This document shows positions 10,402 through 19,384 of a stretch of DNA of 38,635 bases, piece by piece (positions within the stretch are counted from its first letter, which is position 1; each line of letters starts with the position of its first letter). The notes beneath the pieces are model-generated. The model did no database searches. It saw nothing but the letters and a program-made list of their open reading frames with translations, and was not told where the DNA came from. Where the stretch lies: the IMG/VR virus record IMGVR_UViG_3300036793_000011, positions 1-38,635 of that record; one strand, 5' to 3'. This DNA is from a virus. Its lineage: Duplodnaviria > Caudoviricetes. The translations under genes were made by a program, and so were the position numbers.

Positions 10402-10821
10402 TCAGTCGAGGGCGGTCAGCGCGTAATGGAAGGTCAGGACGGCGTGCGTTGAGCCGTCCGGATCGGTCAGGTGCCGAGTGTCGACGAACAACGCCAAGAC
10501 GACGTCGAAGCCATCGACCTCGAAGGCGTCATCGGTCAGCACGTCGCGGATGATGCCCGCCATCGAGCGCGCGAGTTGGACGCTCGGCGGGTCGGGTCGG
10601 GTCCAGACGTGCACGACGGCGTAAAGCTCGGAGCCGGAGGCGCAATCGGTGCTGTCTTCGAGCACCTGATCGTCGCCGATCCGGATGTATGGGAGCGGCG
10701 CGTTCTGCGGCACGGTGCCGTAGATGCGCGCGCGGTGATCGCTCCATAGGTTCGCGAGCTCGACCGACGACCGGAGCGCGGCGTCCTGCGCCGTGTGGTA
10801 CGCAGCCGCCGGGTCGGCCAT
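10402..10821 (-). CDS. tail terminator (DUF3168-like)
   Basis: RIYGTVPQNAPLPYIRIG and DPDGSTHAVLTF motifs, in the canonical position. Confidence 0.85.
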   Translation of the reverse strand: MADPAAAYHTAQDAALRSSVELANLWSDHRARIYGTVPQNAPLPYIRIGDDQVLEDSTDCASGSELYAVVHVWTRPDPPSVQLARSMAGIIRDVLTDDAFEVDGFDVVLALFVDTRHLTDPDGSTHAVLTFHYALTALD

Positions 10822-10824
10822 CGG

Positions 10825-11298
10825 TCAATCTCCGGTCGACGTGATGCCGGTCGCGGCGATGGTCTTGATCATCGCATTCCCGGCTCGCCGCACCCGCCCG
10901 CGCCAGCGCTTCGACTGCACACGCTTCGCCGGATACCAGTACGGCTTGGCCGGAACGTGCCCGCCGCCTCTGTCGCGGTGGCCCGCTTCGAGGTGCATCG
11001 GGTATTTGTGCTCGGCGTCGCCAATCGACACGCCGACGCCGGTCGCGCCGAAGTCCTCTTTTTTCAGGCTGTCGACGAGGTGCCCGTTCGGGCCTTCGCC
11101 GCGCGGAATGATGCTGCGCACGAGGTCCATGAACTCGTCGGCGTTCTTGACGTTCGCGTCCTTGATCTTCTCGGCGAACGCCTGACTTCCGAGTTTCAGG
11201 AGCTTCGCCTGCAAGCTCTCGAAACCGATCACCTTGGCGCTGATCCCGACAAAGGCTGTCGTGCCGACGATCTTCGCGCCGCCTGCGAGTGAGGTCAT
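10825..11298 (-). CDS. HK97 gp10-like neck protein
   Basis: GHLVDSL, YPMHLEAG and PAKPYWYPA motifs plus position. Confidence 0.75.
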   Translation of the reverse strand: MTSLAGGAKIVGTTAFVGISAKVIGFESLQAKLLKLGSQAFAEKIKDANVKNADEFMDLVRSIIPRGEGPNGHLVDSLKKEDFGATGVGVSIGDAEHKYPMHLEAGHRDRGGGHVPAKPYWYPAKRVQSKRWRGRVRRAGNAMIKTIAATGITSTGD

Positions 11299-11666
11299 GG
11301 CGGGGTGTCTCCGGCGCGGCTGCGGATGGCAAAAATGCTGACGACGGCCATCGTCTCGTCGACCGACATCACGGTGATGTCGAAGGCCCAGCCGAGCCAG
11401 ACGACGCGCCAGTCGGTGTCGATGGTCGCGGTGTTGAGATCGAGCCGCATCGTGATCTCAATCGGCTGCACCCCGACCCGGCGCTCGTCGCTGATAATCT
11501 CGCCTTGCTGAGCTCGCCGGATCGGCTGCGCGAGCACGCGCGCCGCAGCGGTGAAGACGTCAGCCCACGCGCCGAGCGGGTCGCCGTTGGCGTCGAGGGC
11601 GCGTTGCTGCAACGTCACCGACTGGCGAAGCGTGCCAGCGAGCGCGGGCTGGCGCTTCTGCAACAC
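11295..11666 (-). CDS. head closure / head-tail adaptor (SPP1 gp16-like)
   Basis: AGTLRQSVTLQQR...DANG...W and IDTDWRVVW...FDI motifs. Confidence 0.8.
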   Translation of the reverse strand: MLQKRQPALAGTLRQSVTLQQRALDANGDPLGAWADVFTAAARVLAQPIRRAQQGEIISDERRVGVQPIEITMRLDLNTATIDTDWRVVWLGWAFDITVMSVDETMAVVSIFAIRSRAGDTPP

Positions 11667-11669
11667 GGC

Positions 11670-11843
11670 TCAGTCCTCAGACTTCCGATGCGGTGCGTCG
11701 ATCTCCTCGGCGTCGCCGTTGGCGATCAGGAGCTCGGCCCATTCTCGCTTGACGGTGTGCTCGCCGCCTTTCTTGAACTGGACGGCGATCTTCGCCGTGT
11801 CAGGCGGCACGAGCCGTCGATCTCGCAGGACGCGAATGCGCAT
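11670..11843 (-). CDS. small hypothetical head-module protein (57 aa)
   Basis: Not in the ORF track. MRIRVLRDRRLVPPDTAKIAVQFKKGGEHTVKREWAELLIANGDAEEI... fills the gap, with GAGGG upstream. Confidence 0.7.
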   Translation of the reverse strand: MRIRVLRDRRLVPPDTAKIAVQFKKGGEHTVKREWAELLIANGDAEEIDAPHRKSED

Positions 11844-11873
11844 GGCGAAGCCCTCAAATGAGATCGGAAAAAG

Positions 11874-12341
11874 TTACGCGAGCGCCGGGTCGCGGTAGCG
11901 TTCCAACACCCGGCACATTTGATCGGACAGGAGCTCGTCGCCGGGCGTGCGCCCGTCATAGAGCGCCGTCAGGATGGTCAACACGACGCCTTGGATCATG
12001 ACCGGCGCGCTCGTGCTGTCCCAAGGCGATTGCGGCACGCGCAGCGGCGGCGGCGGGATCATCGGCGGCGGACCGAAGTCACCACCCCAGCCGACGCCAG
12101 GAGCCCAGCCTCCGCCCCACCAGTCGCCACCCCCGCCGACGTCGCCGCTGTCGTCGAGCGGGTTCACCATCGGATTGTCGGTGACGTAGTTCGCCGCGCC
12201 AGGAGCCTTGATGTAGTCGACGACGATGTCGCTCGCTTGCTCGGCTTTGAACATCACGTCGGCGAGCTCGTCGGTTGAGATCGCCGCCGACGAGAGGCGC
12301 AATTGCCGGAGCGCTTGGTCCTGGGTGACGAGCAAGGTCAT
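11874..12341 (-). CDS. head-tail connector (HK97 gp6-like)
   Basis: MTLLVTQDQALRQLRL, QASDIVVDYIK and LERYRDPALA motifs. ATG 12341 overlaps the upstream stop. Confidence 0.8.
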   Translation of the reverse strand: MTLLVTQDQALRQLRLSSAAISTDELADVMFKAEQASDIVVDYIKAPGAANYVTDNPMVNPLDDSGDVGGGGDWWGGGWAPGVGWGGDFGPPPMIPPPPLRVPQSPWDSTSAPVMIQGVVLTILTALYDGRTPGDELLSDQMCRVLERYRDPALA

Positions 12342-13357
12342 TTCGCAGCCCTCGGCTGCGGCCCGGCGAAGTCTTTCCCGTCGCGGCCTCGCTTGACAGC
12401 GAGCGTCCACGCGCCCTCGGTTTCGCCGGGCCGCGCCCGCGTCGGCTGTCCGCATATCCAGACCGAGCCGCCGAAGGTCACAGCGTCGCCGCGCACATAG
12501 TCCGTGTCGGGCTGGTACACCCCGCGATAGATCATGACCGGGAAGCCGAGCTCGAAGCTGAGCGCGTCGTCGCCACGCGCGAACTTGACCAGCACCGTGC
12601 GCCCGTCGTCGCCGATTTCGAGGTCGAGATCGTCGAAGCCCAACCCGGCGGGGCCGATAGCGCCGTCGAGCCCATCGCGCCCGTTGACGCCGTCTTTCCC
12701 GTCGAGCCCGACGACGCGTCCGACCGGATGGCTCGATCCGTCTGCGAAGACGAGCACGAGCTCGCCGGAGTTGTTGATCAGCCCTTCGGTGATCGCCCGG
12801 CCTTCAATGCCATCCAGGCGGGCCAGGAGAGCCGCGTGGGCGGCTTCGACGATGTCGGCGGTAGCATCGACGCCCGGCGGGCCTTGCGGTCCCTGTGGGC
12901 CGATTATCGGGCCGATCTCGCGTGTCGTGCCATCGCCGAGCGTCAGCATGAGAACGCCGTCCGTCAGCACCGCGTCGATCAGCGCGCGCCCGTCGAGCTC
13001 GTCGATGCGGCTCTCCAAGAGCACGAGCGCCGCCGGATCAGCGTCCGCGCCACGCTCGCCAGCGACGCCGTCAGCGCCCGCCGGTCCCGGCTCGCCGTCA
13101 GCGCCACGCTCACCGGCTGGCCCTTGGGGTCCTGGCGCTCCGTCAGCGCCAACGAGCCCGACGACCGGCCCCAGGTTGCGGATCGAGCCGTCGCCGAAAG
13201 TCAGCACGAGCGCGCCGCTCCGGTCGATCAGCGCCTCGCGCACTGTGCCCGCCAGGAGCTTCGTCGTCAGGTCGCGTTCAAGGCGTGTAAACATGGGCTG
13301 GATCATCGCGCCAAGGCGTTCGCCCATCTGCGCGACGAGCGTGTCGAGCTCACGCAT
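12338..13357 (-). CDS. collagen-repeat protein of the head module
   Basis: Three GxLxLxxxDG...G repeats alternate with Gly-X-Y tracts. C-terminus MIYRGVY...GDAVTFGGSVW...WTLAVKRGRDGKD. Confidence 0.75.
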   Translation of the reverse strand: MRELDTLVAQMGERLGAMIQPMFTRLERDLTTKLLAGTVREALIDRSGALVLTFGDGSIRNLGPVVGLVGADGAPGPQGPAGERGADGEPGPAGADGVAGERGADADPAALVLLESRIDELDGRALIDAVLTDGVLMLTLGDGTTREIGPIIGPQGPQGPPGVDATADIVEAAHAALLARLDGIEGRAITEGLINNSGELVLVFADGSSHPVGRVVGLDGKDGVNGRDGLDGAIGPAGLGFDDLDLEIGDDGRTVLVKFARGDDALSFELGFPVMIYRGVYQPDTDYVRGDAVTFGGSVWICGQPTRARPGETEGAWTLAVKRGRDGKDFAGPQPRAAK

Positions 13358-14783
13358 CGAGAGCCTCCGTCAAGCTCGCCTCGAAGATGTCTAGCAGGCG
13401 CTTCGAGGCGGCGGGGTCCGGCGGTTCGTTGTCGCCGGTCGCGTCGCCGGATGGATCGGCGGGCGGCTGATCTTGCGAGCCGGGCGGCTTCGGCGCGGCG
13501 GGCGTCGAGCTCGCGAACGGGTCGGCCTTCGCGTCGCGTTTCGCCAGCGCTGCGAGGCTGAAATTTTGTTGCTGCGCGAGCGGGCTGTCGCCGCCCTCGA
13601 CCGGCGGGAGGTCGAGCTTCGCGCGCGCTTCGTTCGGGGCCATGATTGCGCCCTTCACGCCCTCCATGAGCGTCGTCATCTGCGTGACCGTGTCCATGCG
13701 CAGCAGGTTGTCGATGTCGAACTCGACGTCGTAACCGGCGGGCATTTCGAGCCCTTCGGACAGGCAGAGCTCAGCCGCCTCGATCAGCGATTGGAGGCAC
13801 TGGCTGTAATACTCGACGTTGAGGCTCTGGATGTTGTTGTAGGTCGGCATCGTGCCGACGCCGATCTTGTAGGGCGGGACGTGGAACACCGAGCACACGA
13901 CGTCGGCGGTCCACTTCAATTGCTCGATCAGTTGGCCCTCGACCGCCGTCAGGCTCATGCGCTCGTATTTCAGCCCGTCGCCCAGCACCGCGACACGACC
14001 GGCGTTCTCGCCTGAGAAGTTTTGCTCCCAGGCGTCTTTCAGCCGCAGCGCAGTCGCGTCGCTGATCGCGCCCGGCGCGGTGAGCACGCCGCCCGGCTGC
14101 GAGGCGTTCGCGAAAAACTTCGCCGACTGGCGCTGGATCGCCATCCCCTGCGACGCTGAGTAAGCCGCCGCCCACACGGGCGAGGTCCCGATCAGCGGGT
14201 GGTAAATGCAATTGAAGCGGTCGTGGATGATCTCGCGCGCCGGGATGACGACCGCGTCCTCGATCTGGTTCAAGCGGCTTCCGGCGACGGAATAGAACAC
14301 CGACCCGTCGCCCGCGACGAGCGGGTGCGTCAGGTCCGGATTGAGCACCAAGAGCCCGACGACCACGTTGCGGTTGTCGCGGATTTTCAGGACGTAGGCG
14401 TTGCCGCGCGTCAGCTTCGAGAGCATCCAGCTTTCCCAGAACTGGATACGGTTCTGGTAGCTATTCGGGCGACGCAGCACAGGCGAGTAGGCCGGGCTGG
14501 TCGTCTCGGTGCAAATGCCGTCGTCGTCTTCCTCGATCAGCTTCACGCCGAGCTTGGCGACGTCCTGCGCGATCAGCGTCACGCACGCATAGACCGCGAA
14601 ATAAGTGAGGATCGTCTCGCGATCCAAGACGATGTTTTGCTGCCACGCGCCAGGGAAGCTCTCGAAGACGCGCAGCCAGCCGCCACCGCCACGACCGGGT
14701 GTGATCGTCCCTGCGGTCGACAGCGATCCGGCGCTCGCGGGCGCAGCCTCCGGCGGGCGCGTTCGCAGGAAGGGGAGCCGCAT
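13350..14783 (-). CDS. portal protein, HK97 family
   Basis: VYACVTLIAQDVAKL, RPNSYQ, GNAYV, EIIHDR and PNEARAKLDLPPVEGGD motifs. Confidence 0.95.
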   Translation of the reverse strand: MRLPFLRTRPPEAAPASAGSLSTAGTITPGRGGGGWLRVFESFPGAWQQNIVLDRETILTYFAVYACVTLIAQDVAKLGVKLIEEDDDGICTETTSPAYSPVLRRPNSYQNRIQFWESWMLSKLTRGNAYVLKIRDNRNVVVGLLVLNPDLTHPLVAGDGSVFYSVAGSRLNQIEDAVVIPAREIIHDRFNCIYHPLIGTSPVWAAAYSASQGMAIQRQSAKFFANASQPGGVLTAPGAISDATALRLKDAWEQNFSGENAGRVAVLGDGLKYERMSLTAVEGQLIEQLKWTADVVCSVFHVPPYKIGVGTMPTYNNIQSLNVEYYSQCLQSLIEAAELCLSEGLEMPAGYDVEFDIDNLLRMDTVTQMTTLMEGVKGAIMAPNEARAKLDLPPVEGGDSPLAQQQNFSLAALAKRDAKADPFASSTPAAPKPPGSQDQPPADPSGDATGDNEPPDPAASKRLLDIFEASLTEALDA

Positions 14784-15095
14784 CTAGCGCCCCTTGGGCT
14801 TCGGCGTCGGCTTCGAGATCGGCTCGGGATCAGGCGTCGGCGCGCGCCCAGGCTTCACGTCTTCCGTGCTCATGCCGCCGACGCCATGCGACGACGGCTC
14901 GGGCTTCGGCTCGGGCTTCGGAGCTTGTTGCTCCGGCTCGTGCTCGACGTGCGCCTTCGGTGTCGGCGCTGGGGTCGGCTTCGGTTTCGGGGGGTCGAGC
15001 TTGTCGGCAAGGCCCGCGTAACGGGGGTCCTTCCGAAGCGCCGCGACAAAGCGTTGATCGCGCGTGCTGAGCGCGCGGGTCGGATACTGCGGCAT
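14784..15095 (-). CDS. Pro/Lys-rich hypothetical protein between capsid and portal
   Basis: Fills the gap exactly. GGAG RBS, low-complexity PK/PE tail. Confidence 0.6.
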   Translation of the reverse strand: MPQYPTRALSTRDQRFVAALRKDPRYAGLADKLDPPKPKPTPAPTPKAHVEHEPEQQAPKPEPKPEPSSHGVGGMSTEDVKPGRAPTPDPEPISKPTPKPKGR

Positions 15096-15121
15096 GGCTG
15101 GCTCCGTGGCTGAGAAGGGAG

Positions 15122-15148
15122 CCCGGCGGGAGGCGATCTCCCGCCGGG
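15122..15148 (-). terminator. GC-rich hairpin downstream of the capsid gene (weak terminator or mRNA stabiliser)
   Basis: 11-bp perfect stem cccggcgggag / ctcccgccggg with a 5-nt loop. Only a poor U-tract follows. Confidence 0.5.
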
Positions 15149-15158
15149 ACAGCTACCG

Positions 15159-17132
15159 TCAGACGGCCCAGAGGACGCCAGTCAGCACGACCGCAGCTTG
15201 CGGGCGCGCCTTCGTCCAGTTGATCGTCCGCTCTGCCAGGATCGCGACGCTGTTCGTCTGGAACATCGACACCATCGAAGCCGCCGGGGTCGGCGTGTGA
15301 GCATCGCCAATCGGGTTGTCGAGCATTTCGAGCGACGCCTCCTCGGACATCGCCACGCCGAACCCGCCTTCGTCCGCGAGATAGATTTGCGGCGCGTTGA
15401 CCAGCACCACCGTATCGGCGGGGACATAGTCGCTCGCGATCACCGGGAAGCCGACGAACGTGCCACCATTCGGCGTGACACCGGGGAACTCCGGCGCACC
15501 CGTGATCGTCACCATCAAGGCGAGTTGCAGCGCGAGCGTGGTCGGCATGATCCACACCCCGCCGATCAGCGGGTTGTTGCCCGCCCGGTAGGCTGCGAAC
15601 ACCGCCGCGATGTCGGCGCGCACCGCCGCCGCGTCCGTGCCGCTCGACGGGATACCGACGACGCCGTTGGTGATCGACGCCGGGCTGACGCCCGCCACCG
15701 CCACTTTCGCCGGGTCGATAAAGTCGATGTCGAGCCGTTCGCGCAGAGCCGAGACGAGCCCGTTGCGGATCAACTGGTCGGCGCTCGGCGAGCTATCGCG
15801 AATGAGCTCCTTGGTCGCCACGGCGATGTTCGCGACTTTGAGCTCCGTCAGTTGCGTGCGGCTGAAATCGAACTTGGTCAGCGGCTTCGCCTTGCCCTCA
15901 CCAACCCAGTAACCGGCACCGCCGGTCGTCTGTGCGCCGAGCGGGGTCCGGAAGGGAACCGCCTGCAACGACGGGACGCCATCGTTGCCGAACTTGCCGA
16001 TGATCGTCGTCGGACGCAGGAACTCCAAGAACGCCGCGAACGCGAGCCCGGCGGGGCCGACCAGCGGACCGGCCCACGTCGGGTCGGTCGAGTTGCCGCC
16101 CGCGACCGCCGCCTTGATCATCTCCGGAAGGAGCGCGTCGTTCGGATACATTTCCGTGGCGAACTCGGACGCCTTCTTTTCGCCGCGCGACATGCGGCCA
16201 AGCACGATGCACTTGGCGAGACGTGCGACGTGGAGCGAGGGGTCGATCCGATCCAGCGACCGCACGACCGGCTCGATCCGGTTGCCCTCGATCACCGGAG
16301 CGATCTTCCCGACTTCGGAGGCTGCGGTGCGAGCGACCGTCGTCGCCGTCGACGCCTGCGCCGTTTCGAGGCTGCGCAGCCGGGTCAGGTGGTTGTCGAT
16401 GGCCTTCACCTCGGCGTCGAGCTCGTCGTATTCCTCGGTTTCGGACGCATCGAGGGTTTCGTTCCGCTCGGAGGCGTCGTCCATGATCTCGACCATGCGA
16501 GCCGCCTTGGTGGCGCGGGTCGCGTTGAAGCTTTCGATTTGCTGAGAAGCGGTGCGCGGCATAGCTGCGCCCTTTCGTGTCTTGGGTTGCGTTGAGCCCG
16601 AGACGCCGGGAGGGGTGAGCTTGACGACGGGCACGCCTGACGCGGCGGGGAGCCCGACGTCGAAAGATCGAATGTTGGTGATCGTCGCGTCGGCGTTGGC
16701 CGGGACGCTCACCGCCGAGAGCTCCAAGATTTCGGTGGCCGTGAAGCGCAGCCCGCCGGTCCCCGGAATGCTTTCCATGCCGTCTTTCAGGACACGGAAG
16801 CCGATGGAGACGGCGCGCACGAGCCCGGCCTTGATCTCGCCCCAGGCCGTGTCGACGCGGTCTTTCAGCGGGCCGGGATCGGTGATCTTGGGGATGGTCG
16901 CGACGAACTCGATCCCTTCGTCGGTCGCCTTTTTCAGCCGCACCGTGCCGATGGGTTCGTCGCTAGTGTGCTGGTGGAGAAGCGGGAGCGGGTTTTTGAA
17001 TTTCGCGCCCTTCGGTTCGACGACATCGCCGAGCCGATCTGGCGTGGGCGTGGTCGCCCAGCCCTCGAAAGTGCGCTGATCTTCGCCGTCTGTGACGGCG
17101 CGCACTTCGAGCATCGCATATGCGCGTTGCAT
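15159..17132 (-). CDS. fused prohead protease (HK97/U35 type) + major capsid protein
   Basis: N-terminal FEGWATTPTPDRLGD, PLLHQH, VSIGF and ELSAVSVPAN protease motifs, followed by an HK97-fold capsid with WVGEGKAKP and FQTNSVAILAER. Confidence 0.93.
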   Translation of the reverse strand: MQRAYAMLEVRAVTDGEDQRTFEGWATTPTPDRLGDVVEPKGAKFKNPLPLLHQHTSDEPIGTVRLKKATDEGIEFVATIPKITDPGPLKDRVDTAWGEIKAGLVRAVSIGFRVLKDGMESIPGTGGLRFTATEILELSAVSVPANADATITNIRSFDVGLPAASGVPVVKLTPPGVSGSTQPKTRKGAAMPRTASQQIESFNATRATKAARMVEIMDDASERNETLDASETEEYDELDAEVKAIDNHLTRLRSLETAQASTATTVARTAASEVGKIAPVIEGNRIEPVVRSLDRIDPSLHVARLAKCIVLGRMSRGEKKASEFATEMYPNDALLPEMIKAAVAGGNSTDPTWAGPLVGPAGLAFAAFLEFLRPTTIIGKFGNDGVPSLQAVPFRTPLGAQTTGGAGYWVGEGKAKPLTKFDFSRTQLTELKVANIAVATKELIRDSSPSADQLIRNGLVSALRERLDIDFIDPAKVAVAGVSPASITNGVVGIPSSGTDAAAVRADIAAVFAAYRAGNNPLIGGVWIMPTTLALQLALMVTITGAPEFPGVTPNGGTFVGFPVIASDYVPADTVVLVNAPQIYLADEGGFGVAMSEEASLEMLDNPIGDAHTPTPAASMVSMFQTNSVAILAERTINWTKARPQAAVVLTGVLWAV

Positions 17133-17193
17133 AGCGACCTCCGTTGTCGGAGCGCCCAGGCGCGGGCTGCGGGTTGAAGGGGTGTCCGGTCGA

Positions 17194-17364
17194 CTAAGTG
17201 ACCGGCATGCGCTGCAAGATCAGCACGAGGCCGATCACCAGCGCGGCGACCGGGATCGCCCATTTCGCCCAGGTCAAACCGGGCGGAAAGGGGATCTGAT
17301 AAGCGATGGCGCAGACGATCCCGACGACGATCAAAACGACGATGGCGAAGACCAGCAGGGACAT
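17194..17364 (-). CDS. small two-helix membrane protein (56 aa)
   Basis: MSLLVFAIVVLIVVGIVCAIAYQIPFPPG...IPVAALVIGLVLILQ, with a GGAGG RBS upstream of ATG 17364. Confidence 0.7.
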   Translation of the reverse strand: MSLLVFAIVVLIVVGIVCAIAYQIPFPPGLTWAKWAIPVAALVIGLVLILQRMPVT

Positions 17365-17378
17365 GGTCGAGCCTCCGG

Positions 17379-19160
17379 TTAGAGGAACAACATCCGATAT
17401 TCTTTTTCGCCGTCCGGACCGCGCTCGCGATCTTTCAGCCCGAGCGCCATCGCCAGCGCGACCGCGCCGTCGATCCGGAACCGCGCCTTGCTCTTGTCGA
17501 TCTTCCGCCCGCCTGCGGGGTCGGTGATCGCAATCGCGTTGCCCATGTTCCACGTCAGGATCGGGTTGCCGTCGTGCACGAGCGAGCCGTGCAGGATCGC
17601 CGTTTCCAGCGCGTCGATGGCTGGGCTCATGTCCTTGAAGCCCTGACCCCACGACACGAGCCGCAGCCCGTCGCCCTTCTCGTCGGATTTGTGCGCGGTG
17701 AGCCCGACGCCGTCGAACTCGCGAAGTAGGTTCTGGATGCCCCATCGGTCGTAGGCGAGGCCGACCACGTCGTACTCGTCGCAGAGCTCGGCGATCTTCT
17801 GCGCGACAGCGCGCGGATGGATCGAGCGACCGGGTATCGCCGTGAGCCACTTCTCAGCCGCCCAGAGCGCGTAAGGCACGCGGTCGCGGCGCTCGTGGTC
17901 GTCGACATAGTCGGCGGGCTTCCAGAACCACCCACGCGCTCGGCTGCCGTTCTCGACGCTGACGCCGATCAGCGCGGTGAGGTCGGTCTTCGCCGACAGG
18001 TCGAGCGCCAGATAAATCTTCTCCCCAGGCTCCCAGGCGACGTCGCCTTTGCACGCCATCCAGTCGCGGCGCGAGATCAGCACCGCCGAAGGGCTGACGC
18101 GCTGGTTGAGATACAGGTTGCGGACCTTCGGCTCCTCGGCGGGGAGCCGCTTCGCTTTCGCCATCGACGATGCGAGCTCGTCGAGCGACCGGAAATCGCC
18201 GAGCGCCGGGTTCGCTGCGCGCCACGCGCTTTCGTCCATCAAGTCGCAGTCTTCCGGCGCGGCGTACAGGTGGCACACCGTCGTCGGATCAGCGCCGCTC
18301 AGCCCGTCGTCGATCAGCTTCGACAGGATATGCTCGGGATCGTTCGACTGCGTCGAGATCGCCAGGAAAAGCGGCTCGTGGCGCGCGCCCATCGACGTGT
18401 CGAGCACGTCGTACAGGTCGCGGTTTCGAGCCTGCGCGAGCTCGTCGAAGATGACGAAGGTCGGATTGAGGCCGTGCTTCGTGCCGACCTCTGCGCTGAG
18501 CGCGCGATAGAAACTCCCGTTGCCGAAACAGACGATGGTCTTGGTCGACGGAACGACGCGAAGCCGGGTGATCAACTCCGGTTCGACCTCGACCATCTGG
18601 CGGGCCATCTTGAAGACTTGCGCCGCCTGTTCGCGGTCGTTCGCGGCGCTGTAAATCTCACCGTTGCGCTCGGCTTCGGGGCCGACGAGGTGAACCAGCA
18701 CGAGCGCCGCCGCCAGAAGGGTCTTCCCATTCTTGCGCCCCAGCGAGAACACCGCGCGACGCACGAGACGACCGCCGTCCTCGTACTGCGGCGCGTACAC
18801 GTCGAAGATAAACCGGCGCTGCCACGGTCGCAGGCGAACGTACTCGCCGACGCCCTGGCCTGACGGGACCGTCAGCCTTTCGATGAACGCGCAGACGCGC
18901 TCGGCGCGGGCGGTGTTACCAGTCGAAGCTGCGCGCCGCCGAGGAGCCCGGCGAACTTTCCGCCGTCCGGTTCCTCCCCGAGCGTCAGCCGCGATCTTGC
19001 GCTTGGCGACATCCCAAGGCGATCTGCGGCTCGCAGAATGATCTCGGCCTGTTTCGCCGCCACCGCGAGGCTCGGGTGAGCGATCTTCTGCCCGGTGCTC
19101 CCGACCGATGTCATCCCCTCGCGCGCCACTTGCGCGATGCTGTTTCGGAACAGGACCCAT
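17379..19160 (-). CDS. terL: terminase large subunit (start uncertain)
   Basis: LRPWQ, Walker A GRKNGKT, Walker B VIFDE, ISTQ coupling motif, LALDLS and RIDGAVALAMA. Confidence 0.95.
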   Translation of the reverse strand: MGPVPKQHRASGARGDDIGREHRAEDRSPEPRGGGETGRDHSASRRSPWDVAKRKIAADARGGTGRRKVRRAPRRRAASTGNTARAERVCAFIERLTVPSGQGVGEYVRLRPWQRRFIFDVYAPQYEDGGRLVRRAVFSLGRKNGKTLLAAALVLVHLVGPEAERNGEIYSAANDREQAAQVFKMARQMVEVEPELITRLRVVPSTKTIVCFGNGSFYRALSAEVGTKHGLNPTFVIFDELAQARNRDLYDVLDTSMGARHEPLFLAISTQSNDPEHILSKLIDDGLSGADPTTVCHLYAAPEDCDLMDESAWRAANPALGDFRSLDELASSMAKAKRLPAEEPKVRNLYLNQRVSPSAVLISRRDWMACKGDVAWEPGEKIYLALDLSAKTDLTALIGVSVENGSRARGWFWKPADYVDDHERRDRVPYALWAAEKWLTAIPGRSIHPRAVAQKIAELCDEYDVVGLAYDRWGIQNLLREFDGVGLTAHKSDEKGDGLRLVSWGQGFKDMSPAIDALETAILHGSLVHDGNPILTWNMGNAIAITDPAGGRKIDKSKARFRIDGAVALAMALGLKDRERGPDGEKEYRMLFL

Positions 19161-19384
19161 GCAATCGCGAACACCGCGAGGACCGGCGCGTCTGCCGACG
19201 TGTAAACGCCGTCAGGCATCGCAGCGACGGCGCGATCCCATTCCTTCGCCGCCTCTCCGGTGACGAAGTCGGGCTTCACGCACGCGCCGGTCGGCTGCGG
19301 TTCCTTTTCGTTGAGCGGGCGACGCCCCGCGTTGCCTTCAAGCCGCTTGATCAGCGTCGGCTTGGGTGTGCGTCCGCGAGCCAT
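18872..19384 (-). CDS. terS: terminase small subunit, P27 family
   Basis: GRTPKPTLIKRLEGNAGRRPLNEKEP, HPSL and LGMSPSARSRL motifs. Confidence 0.93.
   Translation of the reverse strand: MARGRTPKPTLIKRLEGNAGRRPLNEKEPQPTGACVKPDFVTGEAAKEWDRAVAAMPDGVYTSADAPVLAVFAIAWVLFRNSIAQVAREGMTSVGSTGQKIAHPSLAVAAKQAEIILRAADRLGMSPSARSRLTLGEEPDGGKFAGLLGGAQLRLVTPPAPSASARSSKG

Noticed and set aside
9405-10821. Gene transfer agent cluster
   Set aside because: The GTA-like tail genes sit with HNH/cos packaging, a replication module and many early genes, which indicates a genuine phage.
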